A stretch of 62,869 nucleotides of DNA, counting the filler, from Rhabdomonas costata (Eukaryota): NCBI GenBank assembly GCA_019059605.1. It is 54 parts of 54 records of this genome, joined end to end, with 100 filler letters (N's around TTAATTAATTAA, not from the genome) between each part and the next. Parts side by side here need not be neighbours in the genome. Positions count along the whole stretch, not along the records: positions 12,841 to 13,906 come from JAHMHO010030426.1; positions 14,007 to 15,072 come from JAHMHO010030427.1; positions 15,173 to 16,238 come from JAHMHO010030428.1; positions 16,339 to 17,405 come from JAHMHO010030429.1; positions 17,506 to 18,570 come from JAHMHO010030430.1; positions 18,671 to 19,736 come from JAHMHO010030431.1; positions 19,837 to 20,902 come from JAHMHO010030432.1; positions 21,003 to 22,068 come from JAHMHO010030433.1; 46 more parts are not named here. One strand, given 5' to 3'. The stretch's first letter is position 1. Each line of letters starts with the position of its first letter. Below are positions 12,930-24,400 of this stretch, one piece after another. The translations under genes were made by a program, and so were the position numbers. The notes below the pieces were generated by a model. That model was given only the letters and a program-made list of their open reading frames with translations, had not been told where the DNA came from and made no database searches.

Positions 12930-13715
12930 CTTCACGTGCATGCGAAGCTCCTCGCGATCCACGGAGGTATACTCCTTGGTCAAGAAGTTCGAGAACAGCA
13001 GCGGCCGCTGCAGGGTGTTCGCGGTGACGTTGGGGAAGTGCCTCAGGAAAACCTGCGACACAAAAACGATGCGCCGGTGACGCACCATCCGAGAATCGAT
13101 GCGCCTCACACCACCAGTAGAACCTAGAACCTCGTAATGCGGACGGACAAAAAGACTGGCATTGCTGTCAAAAAGTTTGGAATGGCATCTGGGCCTCTCA
13201 AAACCAGCTGACTCAACTGGGCTGACAGGCGCCGACCCACATGCATATCTCAAACACTCAAACAAACCAAAACGTGGCAGAGGACAGACAGAAGAAAGAT
13301 AGGAGAGCAGATGAAAGCAAGCGTCGCGCTTTTGGCACCCACTCCCGCGCCACTCACCAACTGACCAAGTGAGACGGAAAAAAACTATCTCAGCGCAGAT
13401 ATGGGCCAGAAACAAAGAAATGCATTTTGGGAAGGGGAGAGAGAGAAGAGAGAAGAGAAGAGGCAGGATACTTAGCATGCAAACACATCTCTGGAACTCT
13501 ACAATAGCGGACGTCGCAAAAGGGAGTGTAAGCCATGTTTGTGGAGAGGGAGAGAAGGAAGTGCTAGCCTCGTCGATGGTAGCGTCCGTCCACTGGCGAC
13601 TCTCTTCCTCGACCAGGCGGTCCTGGAAAAGTCGCAGCCCTTCGTGGACGGCCAGTCGCACCAGGAAGTCCAGGGGGAGGGCAAACGCAGAGTGCAGGTC
13701 GTGAGTTTGAAGTGC
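12930..13715 (-). CDS. DYNC1H1: Cytoplasmic dynein-1 heavy chain, AAA3-AAA4 linker; exons 13715-13569 and 13052-12930
   Basis: LVRLAVHEGLRLFQDRLVEEESRQWTDATIDE|VFLRHFPNV..LQRPLLFSNFLTKEYTSVDREELRMHVK is colinear with cytoplasmic dynein HC (HEALRLFQDRLV...RPILYSNWLSKDY). Both exons are whole codons (147 and 123 nt). Confidence 0.92.
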
Positions 13716-14006
13716 CTATTTTGAAAAGGAAAAAAAGGTAGAAGGCCAACCGGAGAGGCTGCCAGCGTAAAGGGCTTCCACCCTCACACTGCACAGGCAC
13801 CTGACAATCAGGTTCAATTCAGTGGCTTCGTAAAACTGCTCACGTTCGTCAGTCTTGCATCTCCAGCCTCCCCCCCCCCGTACCTCCCCAATGGCACCAA
13901 CAACACNNNNNNNNNNNNNNNNNNNNNNNNNNNNNNNNNNNNNNNNNNNNTTAATTAATTAANNNNNNNNNNNNNNNNNNNNNNNNNNNNNNNNNNNNNN
14001 NNNNNN

Positions 14007-14840
14007 GCCGCGGAGGCCGCCCGCGCTGCGCTTTGCGATGGTCTGGCATGGGGGGCCACGGGAGGATGCATGGAGTGGAGGATCGGAAAGGAGGATCACT
14101 CCACACTCATGCCTCATCTCTCTGTCAGTCTTACCCTTTTCTCATTGTACTGCACTGCGTGCACTGCGAAGTGTCTGGTGCACTGTGTGGCGAGTGATGT
14201 GGGGTGTTGGCGCACAGAGCTTGAGCTTGTGGGTGAAGTGCTGCGCCTAAATGCCGAGAGCGGCCAGGCCCGTGCGAAATCCCTTGCCATCTCTGCGGCG
14301 CTGCCTGCCCTGGTGCATGTGTTTGTGTGTTTGCCTCCTGTGCCACACTCCCAGACATGCGTCCTATTTTTGTATGCATTGGACTCTCATTTAAATATGG
14401 ACTGAACCCGCGCCCCCGTCCTTTTCGTTGGTGTTCCGTTGCAAGTGGTTTTCTTGCTTTTTGTATCTGTGCTCTGTTTTGCATCCTCCTACTCTTGTTG
14501 GGTCGTATTGAACCTGTTTGCGCAGACGGGAGAAGGGAGGCGCTATTTAGTCAACTGAAGCCGTGCAGGCCTTAGTCAGACTCCCGTTGTCCCCTCTATG
14601 GTCGAGGAAGTGTTGTTGCGTCGTTGAGAATCTGGACGGGTAAGTGGCTGAAGGGTGAAGAGAGCAGCGGCTCCGCAGCGTTTGGCCTTCCCCTTCCCTT
14701 TCTCGTACTCTTCTATTTGTTCTTCTCCCTCTCTTGTCTCCGGCATGTTTTTAGGACAAGTGCGATCTACTGCAGACGACCTCCGAGACTCAGCGACTTG
14801 AGCTTGCCAGAGCGCTTTTTTCTCTGGACGATGACTCGAC
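14007..14840 (+). CDS. Hypothetical protein, three phase-compatible exons
   Basis: AAEAARAALCDE|LELVGEVLRL...ALPAL|DKCDLLQ...LFLWTMTR joined through GT-AG introns in consistent phase. Confidence 0.5.
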
Positions 14841-15573
14841 GTATGGGTTTTTCATAGAAGGACAGAGCGCGAGATTGTGAGAGTGAATGGGGCTCATCAT
14901 CGCGTGGCTGTGCAGCACATGGTCTTGCTCAGCCCTTTCTCCAACGTGACGGTGTATCTCAATTGTAAGGGTTTTTGACGCAGGCAGCGAAAACTGAAAA
15001 TGTATCCCATCTAGGCAGTACAGATAGACAATTGCACTCCTGCAAACCAAAACAAATTCCACACAGATATATNNNNNNNNNNNNNNNNNNNNNNNNNNNN
15101 NNNNNNNNNNNNNNNNTTAATTAATTAANNNNNNNNNNNNNNNNNNNNNNNNNNNNNNNNNNNNNNNNNNNNGGTGTGTGGTGCACTTCGAAGATATACG
15201 GTGGTGAGAACTGAACAGGGCATGCCCGTAGAGACTGAGAGAATTAATTGTTTCCGAGGGTTCAGTCTCACCGCTTGCAGCAGGAAGGAAAGAGAGAAGG
15301 GAAGCACACTGACAGGGGTGTTGTCATTCAATGGAGACCCCTTCCCCGAGGTGGCACCCCAACATTCTCCAGCAATTCTGTCACACAGCTCTTGGAAAAT
15401 CAAATAAGATTGAGTCAAAGCCCCTCTCCTTCCTAGTGAGGCTCATTTAGGTCGCTGCAGTGCGAATACGATGTAGATTGCGTGGGGTGTTGCGATCAGT
15501 GAGCGCTTGAGTACACCCCCTGTGTAGGTGTGGGTGCCGCCTATATAGTGTGGGTGGAACGGTGGGTGAGTGC

Positions 15574-15723
15574 CTGCTTTGCGAGCACCAGCACGTCCGC
15601 CTCGCTACTGAGGCCGGGCAGCGGGATCACTGCGAAGTGCCTCAGCCAGCGGAAGGGAATCGCAGTGCGGACTGCCTGGGCCTCTGCCGTGCCAGCCACC
15701 GTGAGCCCAGACAGGTCCATCGT
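15574..15723 (-). CDS. Single exon resembling a divergent dynein heavy chain AAA3 segment
   Basis: Follows a tttcag acceptor. LTVAGTA...IPFRWLRHFAVIPLPGLSSE resembles the dynein PRFLRHF..I motif. Confidence 0.4.
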
Positions 15724-17286
15724 CTGAAAGCAATCAGGAGCTATCATGGAATTGGTTCTCACTTACAGAGCATGAACGAAATACTGTGTGCCAGAACAAG
15801 CACGCCCGCAAAGAGGTGGACTTTTGAGGAGGCTGCCTGCTCCGAAGAAGTAGCAAGAACCGATAGTAATACAAAAATGTGAACGAGGAAATCTGAAACC
15901 TTTAATCCCTTGTATCAGATGTGCGTGGGAGTGCACAAACGGAGAATGTTAACGCCCAGCTGTGGCAGGGGGTGCACGCTCATTGCATAAGAGCTTGTCG
16001 AGAAAAATGGATTCGGGGGGTGGGGGTCGGACGAGAATGCCTAGAAAGGAACCACAGACAGAACTGGAATAATCGAATGTGGGGAAGAAAAAGGAATGAA
16101 AGACCACACACCAAGTTCAGTGTCGCCCTTTTTTTTTTTGGAAGATTCCAAGCTGCAAAAACCACCAAAGGGCCATCCACCAGTTTCCTCACTTACTGCA
16201 TGCTCGCGCACCGTCATTCTAATGTATCACACAACAAANNNNNNNNNNNNNNNNNNNNNNNNNNNNNNNNNNNNNNNNNNNNTTAATTAATTAANNNNNN
16301 NNNNNNNNNNNNNNNNNNNNNNNNNNNNNNNNNNNNNNGAGGTCTTTTACCCTGTTTTTATGCCGCTGGTCTCAAAAATGTAGTGTACGTGGAGATAAGC
16401 GCAGCCCGTAGATGAGGTTTTGACCTGGGAGGCAAAATACAGTAATGGAAAGGAGCTTTGCGCGGCGAAGGCGCGGGGATTTTTAGGAGTAAATCTCCAG
16501 TCCTTTCAGGCTTTTAGGTACACAGTGCAAAGGCGAAGTTTCGGCCTCAGGACCAGTCGTTTTGAAGATGAAATAGACGTGTTTCGGTGGACGGTGTGCA
16601 CCTTCAACGCCAAACGTCAGCCGACACACTGACTGCCCAGATTTAGTGCCGCTCAGCCAAAACACAGTGCTTAAACTGCTCCGACGAAAGTCTCAGTTTA
16701 CGGTGGAACCTATTATAGCAAGCGAAACCATACCTTGAAATGGGAACGACAGGACACGCCCGCGCAAACGGGGTACCAATGGTTCAGGCAAAGAGCAAAT
16801 AAATTACGCGCGGACACAAAGGTTGACGGAGAGCGTGTGCCAGGGATTTGGGGGACAGCAGAACGCAGCAATGGACGAAAAGAAAAGACAGCAAAATAGA
16901 AACAAACAGAAAAGCAACAAATGTTGGTAAGTTGGTAATTTGGAGTGCTGTGTTGAAAACCTAACAGGGAACGGGAAAAAGTAAGCAATGGCGGGGAAGA
17001 CAGCCGAAAGATAAACGAACACAAAAAAAAGGGAACAATACAGAACCGCAGAACATCAGGCATCAGGCAGGAAACAAGTCCGATGGGCAAAGAAGGATAA
17101 AGTGGGCGATATTGTAACGTCAATACCTTCCCGGAGGGCCGGAAGGTGTGGCTGAAGCTAATGGTACTTGAGAGACCCCTCCCCCAAACAAATAGTCCGA
17201 CGGCAGGTGAGGGACTCATAATTTTTTAGGAAGCTGGGAACTGGTGGTGGGAATGCATGTCAGTGCCGAACACGCAGGTGCAGAAC

Positions 17287-17323
17287 CTGTGCCTCCAATA
17301 ATCGCCAGCACTGGCGCGGCCAT
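17287..17323 (-). CDS. Short first exon MAAPVLAIIGGTG (MTAP/PNP-type or Rossmann-fold N-terminus)
   Basis: ATG after a pyrimidine tract, an IIGGTG glycine loop, then a GT donor. The next exon was not found in the contig. Confidence 0.35.
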
Positions 17324-19836
17324 CGTGAAACGAAAAAGAGAAATAAAACCCTTAAGCAACCGTTGCATAAGCGAAAATCAGTGGGATTTGATACCAACAC
17401 CAACCNNNNNNNNNNNNNNNNNNNNNNNNNNNNNNNNNNNNNNNNNNNNTTAATTAATTAANNNNNNNNNNNNNNNNNNNNNNNNNNNNNNNNNNNNNNN
17501 NNNNNGTTTTTGTGGCGACGGACATTTTCGGGAAAAGTTGGCAGAAAGCCTTGTTGATGGGGTTTGTTCGGGGTCTGTTTTCTGTTTTCCTGCTGTTTGT
17601 TTCTGCTGCGCTCATTTTGTGCCGCGTGCGTCACAGAACCCGACACCCACACCAAGGTTTCGGGTCAAGTGGTTTTTGGGGGTTTCAAGGCAGCATAGGG
17701 GTTTTCAGCCTAAGTGGTTATTCGCCGCCGGTGGGTTTTTTCAGGGGCATGTTCCTTTAATGTTTTTTACTTCGTTTTTTGGAGGGGGGGCACCCTGCTG
17801 TGCTGCGGCAAGCCATCGAAGACATCCAAGACATTCAAACGGAGACTTTTCTTGCATGTGCATCGTTCTCGAGAGTTCTCGAGAGCATGCTATTTCCCCC
17901 CCCCCCGACCGTTATCTCATTGAATCTCTTGGAAACGTGCTCCGCCCCCTCTCTCTTCCCCGGCAAAATCTTCAGGAGGAATCCGATTGACACGACTTTA
18001 TATCATCTGCCACAGTATGACCTTGACCCAGCTGTGCGACGATATCATCTAGCGATTTTTGCAGATGCGCTGATTTGCCCGTCTTTCCCCGTCTTGTCAG
18101 AATATTGCTATGCAGGTAACCGCAGATTACATGCTGACATACCCAACCTGGTACCTGGTGGTTATTCCACAGGGAAACAAAGCAGAAGACTTTCCGGGAG
18201 GTTCGAGCCCATGAGTTCGGGCAGGGTTCGCTGTGACGGGCACCGTTTTATGGGTGTACGAATGCCGGCAGTCCGGGACAACTTGCCGTGTTCCACTCTA
18301 CTTTCTTGGGAGAGAGAAGCCCATGCCCCCGTCCCTCCTTCTGTTCGACCACATGCGCCCTCTATACTCGGCACGACCTTTCTTTCCACGGCGAAAAATC
18401 ATCATCTTTGGGTCTCCAGTGCATGGCAAGCAGGAAGGCACTGGGGAGTGGTTGTTTTGACGAAGTTGCCGGCTTTTGCGCAGATGGGGCTGCGGGTCAA
18501 CCTCATCCTCTTGGTAGACCGCCAGGCCGAGCTGGGCCTGATTGAGGCTAGCATGACTTCCACCCAACAANNNNNNNNNNNNNNNNNNNNNNNNNNNNNN
18601 NNNNNNNNNNNNNNTTAATTAATTAANNNNNNNNNNNNNNNNNNNNNNNNNNNNNNNNNNNNNNNNNNNNTGTGTGTTTGAGCTGTGAAGTTTTGTTTTT
18701 TTGGTCCCCTTTCTGAGTTTTCCGGGGGTTAGGAGGTGATGCACGTGTTCCCTGGGATTCTAATATATGGATTTGCAAGGGGTTAGGAGGTGATGAACGG
18801 TTCCCGGGATTAAAATAGAAGATTTTGGAGGGGTACGTGGCGGGGGGGGGCATACATACACTTATCGCGCGAATCACCCCGTGACATTGCAAAAAAAAAA
18901 GCAAGCGTTAGAATGACAGATTCTCATGCCTCGAAACTGCAGCGTCGCCCCATCGTTGACGTAGTACACCTCAGACACGGGTAAGGGCCTGGTAGGGTCC
19001 TGGCGAAGGTTGTACAGGTGGCTCTCCGACGTGGCCAGCGAAGTGCCCCCCGCCCCATCCGGGAAAACCAGCAGCTTGGGGGCCCGGTAGCGGGCGCCAC
19101 TTCCTTTTTGGGGGCTGTCAGAGGTTGGAACTGCGGTGTTGCGGGTGGCCTGCCGCTGGAAGTGGGGACAGTAGCACTGCCTGTGCGACAGAATGTGGAG
19201 AAACAAAACTTAAGAAGCCCGCGACCGAGTATAATTGATTCAAAATACATATCAAGCTGAGAATCGGATTCGCACAATGGACAGGTACGGGGCTCTCTGA
19301 AATTAGAAGGTCCCTTTAGTGTGCTTCGCGGCCTTTCGGGGGTTCTCCTATTGCACTCTGGGTGGGACGCAGGTGGAGTGGGTGTCGTACACACTCCCGG
19401 GGGCGGTGTTCACGTTTGGGGTCCGCGGGGGCTTCGAGGCCGCGGTGAGGTGGTGCAGCGGGTGCGGCTATATGGTTGAGGATGCGAACTTTTCACACGT
19501 TCAGACGGGTCCGGTAAAACCCCGTTATAATTTCTAACGGCGAGAAAAATGGGCTGAAAGGCAGGAGTCAATGTCCCTCGCCACAACTGCCGGAGCCCCC
19601 GCCCTTCCCCGCTACCAAAATCTGCCCCATTCGCCAGTTAACTCCATAAAGATTAACCAAAGAAGTTCAACGCTAATTCTGCCCCATGACCGTAACCGCG
19701 TGTATGCTTGCAAAGTGCGAAGCCGCCCCACAACCCNNNNNNNNNNNNNNNNNNNNNNNNNNNNNNNNNNNNNNNNNNNNTTAATTAATTAANNNNNNNN
19801 NNNNNNNNNNNNNNNNNNNNNNNNNNNNNNNNNNNN

Positions 19837-20622
19837 TGTTTCTTTTGGAAAGCTTCCTCAGCAACAGCAGAGCCTTCACTGTCATCGGCGCTGTCAGCTG
19901 CGGCGGCTTTGCGACCACGTGCAGTGCGCCGCGATCGCCCAAAGGCGCGTCGTGAAGGCCGGCAAGAAGCCTTTGCCGCAGGCCGACGCTTTCTTCCTGA
20001 GCTCTCAAAGTCCTCCTCCTCCTCCTCCTCCTCCTCATCGGCATTGTCGTTGTTATCCTCCTCCGTGTCATCCTTTTCCTCGTCACTATCACTTTCACTC
20101 TCAGAGCTCTCCACAAGATTCCGTCGCTGACGCCGCCGCGGTTTCTCTTTTGGGGGACACTTTTTGCGCTTGCCGGCGGCTCTTACCTTTTCAGAAGGCT
20201 CGCTCGGACTCAGCACAACATCCTGGTCATCCTCAAACTTGCAGGAATCAACCTGCATTCGATTCTTAAACTCCCTGTACAAAGCAGTCAGTCCTGCAGG
20301 GCAAACGGCTCCCTCCCCAAGCCCTCCCAGAAGCTTGACATAAGAATCGATGACCCCATGGAAACAATTTTCCGAAGCCAAGCGGCGTCTCCGAGCATCT
20401 GCAAACTTCTCGAACTGGCCGGTTTTGTATTTGTGCAGTTTCACCTCGGAGATGGAAAAGCTGCCCTGCAAATCCTCCTTCAGCGCAGCTAATAAACACA
20501 GCGCAAGAGCGGTTCGGCAGGAGTTGAAGGCCTTGGCGGACTCCTCGGGGGACACAGCTTGAGCTTTGCGTAGACGCTGAAGTTCTGAGCGGATTGCCTG
20601 GGAGAACGACCCACCACCATAC
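19837..20622 (-). CDS. NIPBL: Nipped-B/Scc2 cohesin loader, C-terminal region with acidic/basic tail
   Basis: LCLLAALKEDLQGSFSISEVKLHKY...LYREFKNRMQVD resembles the NIPBL C-terminus (LLLMLKQHLK..FSDSKIQKY...QYLDFKLLM). tttcag acceptor at 20625-20623; poly-E tract. Confidence 0.65.
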
Positions 20623-21004
20623 CTGAAACACAGTCAATCAGATAAAGACCCTAAAATGATGTTTCGGGGCAATGGCAGTGAGTTTTTGCCCTTCAATCAG
20701 GATTTGAATGACATTAGTCGTCTGTCCGTTGGGGTAAGAAACTGCAAACTCACTCTACCCTACCCATCTAACCCCACCCAATCACCCTTTCCGCCCCTCT
20801 CCCCTCCCTCTTCGAGAACAAGCATCCCATTGCAAACAAGAACCCTCAGTCAACACTTCCCACAATCTCACCCACCAACCCTCATTCTCGTCCTTCCAAC
20901 ACNNNNNNNNNNNNNNNNNNNNNNNNNNNNNNNNNNNNNNNNNNNNTTAATTAATTAANNNNNNNNNNNNNNNNNNNNNNNNNNNNNNNNNNNNNNNNNN
21001 NNTT

Positions 21005-21130
21005 TGGGGAAAACTGAATAATGATAGTAGAACACACCGCGTCGCTCAGCATGGGCGCACCCCAATGAGTTTTCACACCTGCACACTGAGCGACGCGGTG
21101 TGTTCTACTATCATTATTCAGTTTTCCCCA
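21005..21130. repeat. Perfect 45-bp-arm hairpin at the contig start (probable amplification fold-back)
   Basis: 21005-21049 is the reverse complement of 21086-21130. Confidence 0.92.
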
Positions 21131-22171
21131 GAATCGCAGAATGATCCCTGTGCATCGCATTCATCGTTTCCGTTGCCAACTCCAATCCAGAGTACTCAGC
21201 ACCCGCTTTGGAGATAGCTGCCCACCAACCTTCATACTCTGTGCGTGTCTCTGTATCAAGGCTAGGCGTGTGATTCTGAAGTGTTCTCTTGCCGTGATTT
21301 TACCGCCACGGATGAGGCGCGCTGTCGAGGTGAAAACGTGCGCATGGCATATCCTTTCCTCTGGGCACCTGTGGTGCAAGTGATGGGGTGCCTTGTAAGG
21401 CGCTGCTTCGTGTAGTGTTCGCTGAAGTGGCAGTGGGCCGGGGGTGACGTCAGGGCGAGTTCTCGGCGGGGAACCTAATGGTGTCCGACCTTCGTGGGCC
21501 GTGGTCCACGCCTCAGGGTGAGCCCCAGCCCTCGGGGCCCAAGGGGGTACTGCTGCCTTCCGTGGGCTGGCACTGGGCCTGCGGCTGGGCCTTCAGCCGG
21601 CAGGGCTCCACAGGTGGTTGGGTTCCGTTAAACTGAATCTGAGTGCCTTTCCCCTCCTCACTGCCCACCCCCTTTGAACCCTTGGCCAATGTTACCGCAG
21701 AAGTATCAGTGTACCAAGACAGGGACGCCTCATGCGGAGGAGCGGGTTAGGAGCATACGTTTTCCGAAGGGGGGGTAATAAAGTAGACGCTCTCCGTCCA
21801 GTTTTTTCCCCGAACAATTTCAGCTGTTTTCAGGGTACGGGGTTTGTTTCTGGAGAGTCTAAGGGGTTGGCCTTCAAATGACTGCAGAGTTGGTCGTAAG
21901 TTAGGATCCGTTGCCCCCTGCCCCTCATTCGCGTCGGGCATTTTCCCCGCTGGTTGAAAGGTTGTCGAAACGCTTTTCGACCAGCAGGCACGAGACCCCT
22001 TCCTTTTCCCATCCTCCCCCCCCCCAGTGGCGTCTATGCAGACCTGAGCGCAGTGGTTTCAAAGTGAGNNNNNNNNNNNNNNNNNNNNNNNNNNNNNNNN
22101 NNNNNNNNNNNNTTAATTAATTAANNNNNNNNNNNNNNNNNNNNNNNNNNNNNNNNNNNNNNNNNNNNTGT

Positions 22172-22287
22172 TTTGGTGTCTTCCGAGAAAGTGAGAAAGT
22201 GGAATTCCGCGGGGTTTGTGGGGTTTTATCCGACCTGACGATAACCCCGCGGAATTCCACTTTCTCACTTTCTCGGAAGACACCAAA
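22172..22287. repeat. Perfect 45-bp-arm hairpin at the contig start (probable amplification fold-back)
   Basis: 22172-22216 is the reverse complement of 22243-22287. Confidence 0.92.
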
Positions 22288-23505
22288 GGCGCCAAGATAG
22301 AATCAAACGCTTTAACTGCTCAACTTGATGGTGGTTTGCGACGGCACCTGGTATACCCTTTCCACCAAAGCCACACAAGGACTTACTTTAGGATCAGACC
22401 CAGAAACACAAACTGTGCTCGGTGTTCCCGGTTCGAGATCGGAGAGCGGCAATCACCTCAAAAGACAAAAGACGAGCCCGTTAGCAGCGCTCAGTGCCGC
22501 ATCTAGTCAAAGTTCTGCCGTCCTGTCATTGTGAATCAGGAATTCACGGCATACCTAGATCGGGCCTTGCTCATCGCCCTTGGTGGGGAATCTCGAAGGG
22601 AGCGGCTCATACGTTGTCAGACAAGGCTTCGGTTGGGATCAAAACAACCCAAACAACACACAACACACAAAGAGAACAAACGTCCTCGAAAAGAGTGCCG
22701 ATCCGGAACGATCCGAAATCTCAAAGAGCGACCCGCGGCAGGCAATGAGCAGAGCAGAGTGAGCCTGAGGCAAAGCAGGAGGACCCAACTACTGGCTCAT
22801 GGGCAAACAAACAAACTTACTTTCGATGTGGCGTGTGTAACTACCGGCGTAGGTTTCCTCTGAAGGGTATTCCATTCAAGCTAAGACTGCAAATAACTTT
22901 TGTTCAAATCGCTTTAAAAGGGAAAGCTGCAAATTTGAAGAAAAAATATAGAAGCGAAAAGTCAATTAAATGTCAGGTCTCAGGAGCCAAAGGAAGCTTT
23001 CACTTCAAAATGAAATACGCCAGATTTGACAGGCACGGAACTTACAAAAAGAAGACATAATGCGCCCTCATTTGTCCCAAACGATTCACAGCAAAAGAAC
23101 AAGCGTGCAACTGGCACTACAAGTACAACGAATGAGACAGGTACAGCGATCAATGGAAATGGTCCAACGCGCCCACCGCCACTGATAGCCCTTATCTCAA
23201 CTTCTCCAAATCCTCCTGTGAAAGCCAACCCACANNNNNNNNNNNNNNNNNNNNNNNNNNNNNNNNNNNNNNNNNNNNTTAATTAATTAANNNNNNNNNN
23301 NNNNNNNNNNNNNNNNNNNNNNNNNNNNNNNNNNTGACAGCCTTTTGGCTTTTTGTATTGATGTCTGGGAAACTTTCTGGGAAAGGTAGACAAAATTGCA
23401 AAATTGTAAAAGCCCCACGCTTCGACAATACTCTTCGTTTCACTGACCCATGGCTCCCTCCCTCCCTCCCTCGCTCCCTCTGGTGCTGTGCCCACGTACC
23501 CACAG

Positions 23506-24400
23506 CGGTCTGTGGTCCCTGCGGTGCCTGAGGGCCGAGCCACGCTGGGCCAGTGCGGGCACCCCCGGTGTGCTTTTCGCTTGGACTTCCTGCGGGTCCC
23601 TCGGCTGCTGCTCCTGCCGCCCCCACTCAGCTCCGCCGCCGCTGTCGTGGAGGAGCAGCCCTCTCCTCTGCGGGAGATCTCCACGGGGACTGCAGTAGGG
23701 GATCTGGAAGAGGCTCTGCAGGCCTACCTGCGTACGCACTCCCAGGAAGAGGCCTGGAGACCGGACTCCTTTGGGCAGACCGCTGCCCATCTGGTGTGAC
23801 ATTTCTTCCCATCAAAAGCTCCGCAGACCGCATCTAGAACACCACTGCCCCTCAAGACTCAAATGAGCTTTACTGAAGATGTTTTTTTTTGCGTTTGGAG
23901 ACCTTCTTCTGCTTGCGGGAAAGCCAAATGGGGGGTGGTGATCATACGTATTCCAAACATTTCTGTCGAATATTGTAGGCCCCACAATTTCGTACATTAA
24001 AAAGTGCCGTATGGGAGGGAGGCTGCTATGAGTTGATTACAATTCAGGGGGGAGACATTTTGTTAATTGCATGAATTCATGAATTCACGAAGCGCCATTC
24101 CCTCTCCTCCAACCACATGCAAAACCTGTTCGCCCACCCCGCCTTCCAAGGGTTTTGACGGCTCTGTTGTTTCTCGAACAAGAAAAACACATGATCCCGG
24201 TTCGCCAGTGTTTGTTCGAGGCGTAATGTGCTGAACTTCTTGTGCGTCTGTTTCGGCCTGAAAACTGTTCTACAATAGCGCACTACAGTCGTGGCTTTGC
24301 TCTCTCACTTTCCCTCAAGGCTGTGGAGGCTCGGAACCTCCCTGTGCTGGAGTACGTCCTTTCCCAGTCCCCTTCCCCCCTCGTTCTAGTCCCCAACACA
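23506..24400 (+). CDS. Ankyrin-repeat protein; exons 23506-23793 and 24320-24400
   Basis: Splicing the GT-AG intron 23794-24319 rebuilds the ankyrin consensus DSFGQTAAHL|AVEARNLPVLEYVLS. Confidence 0.8.
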
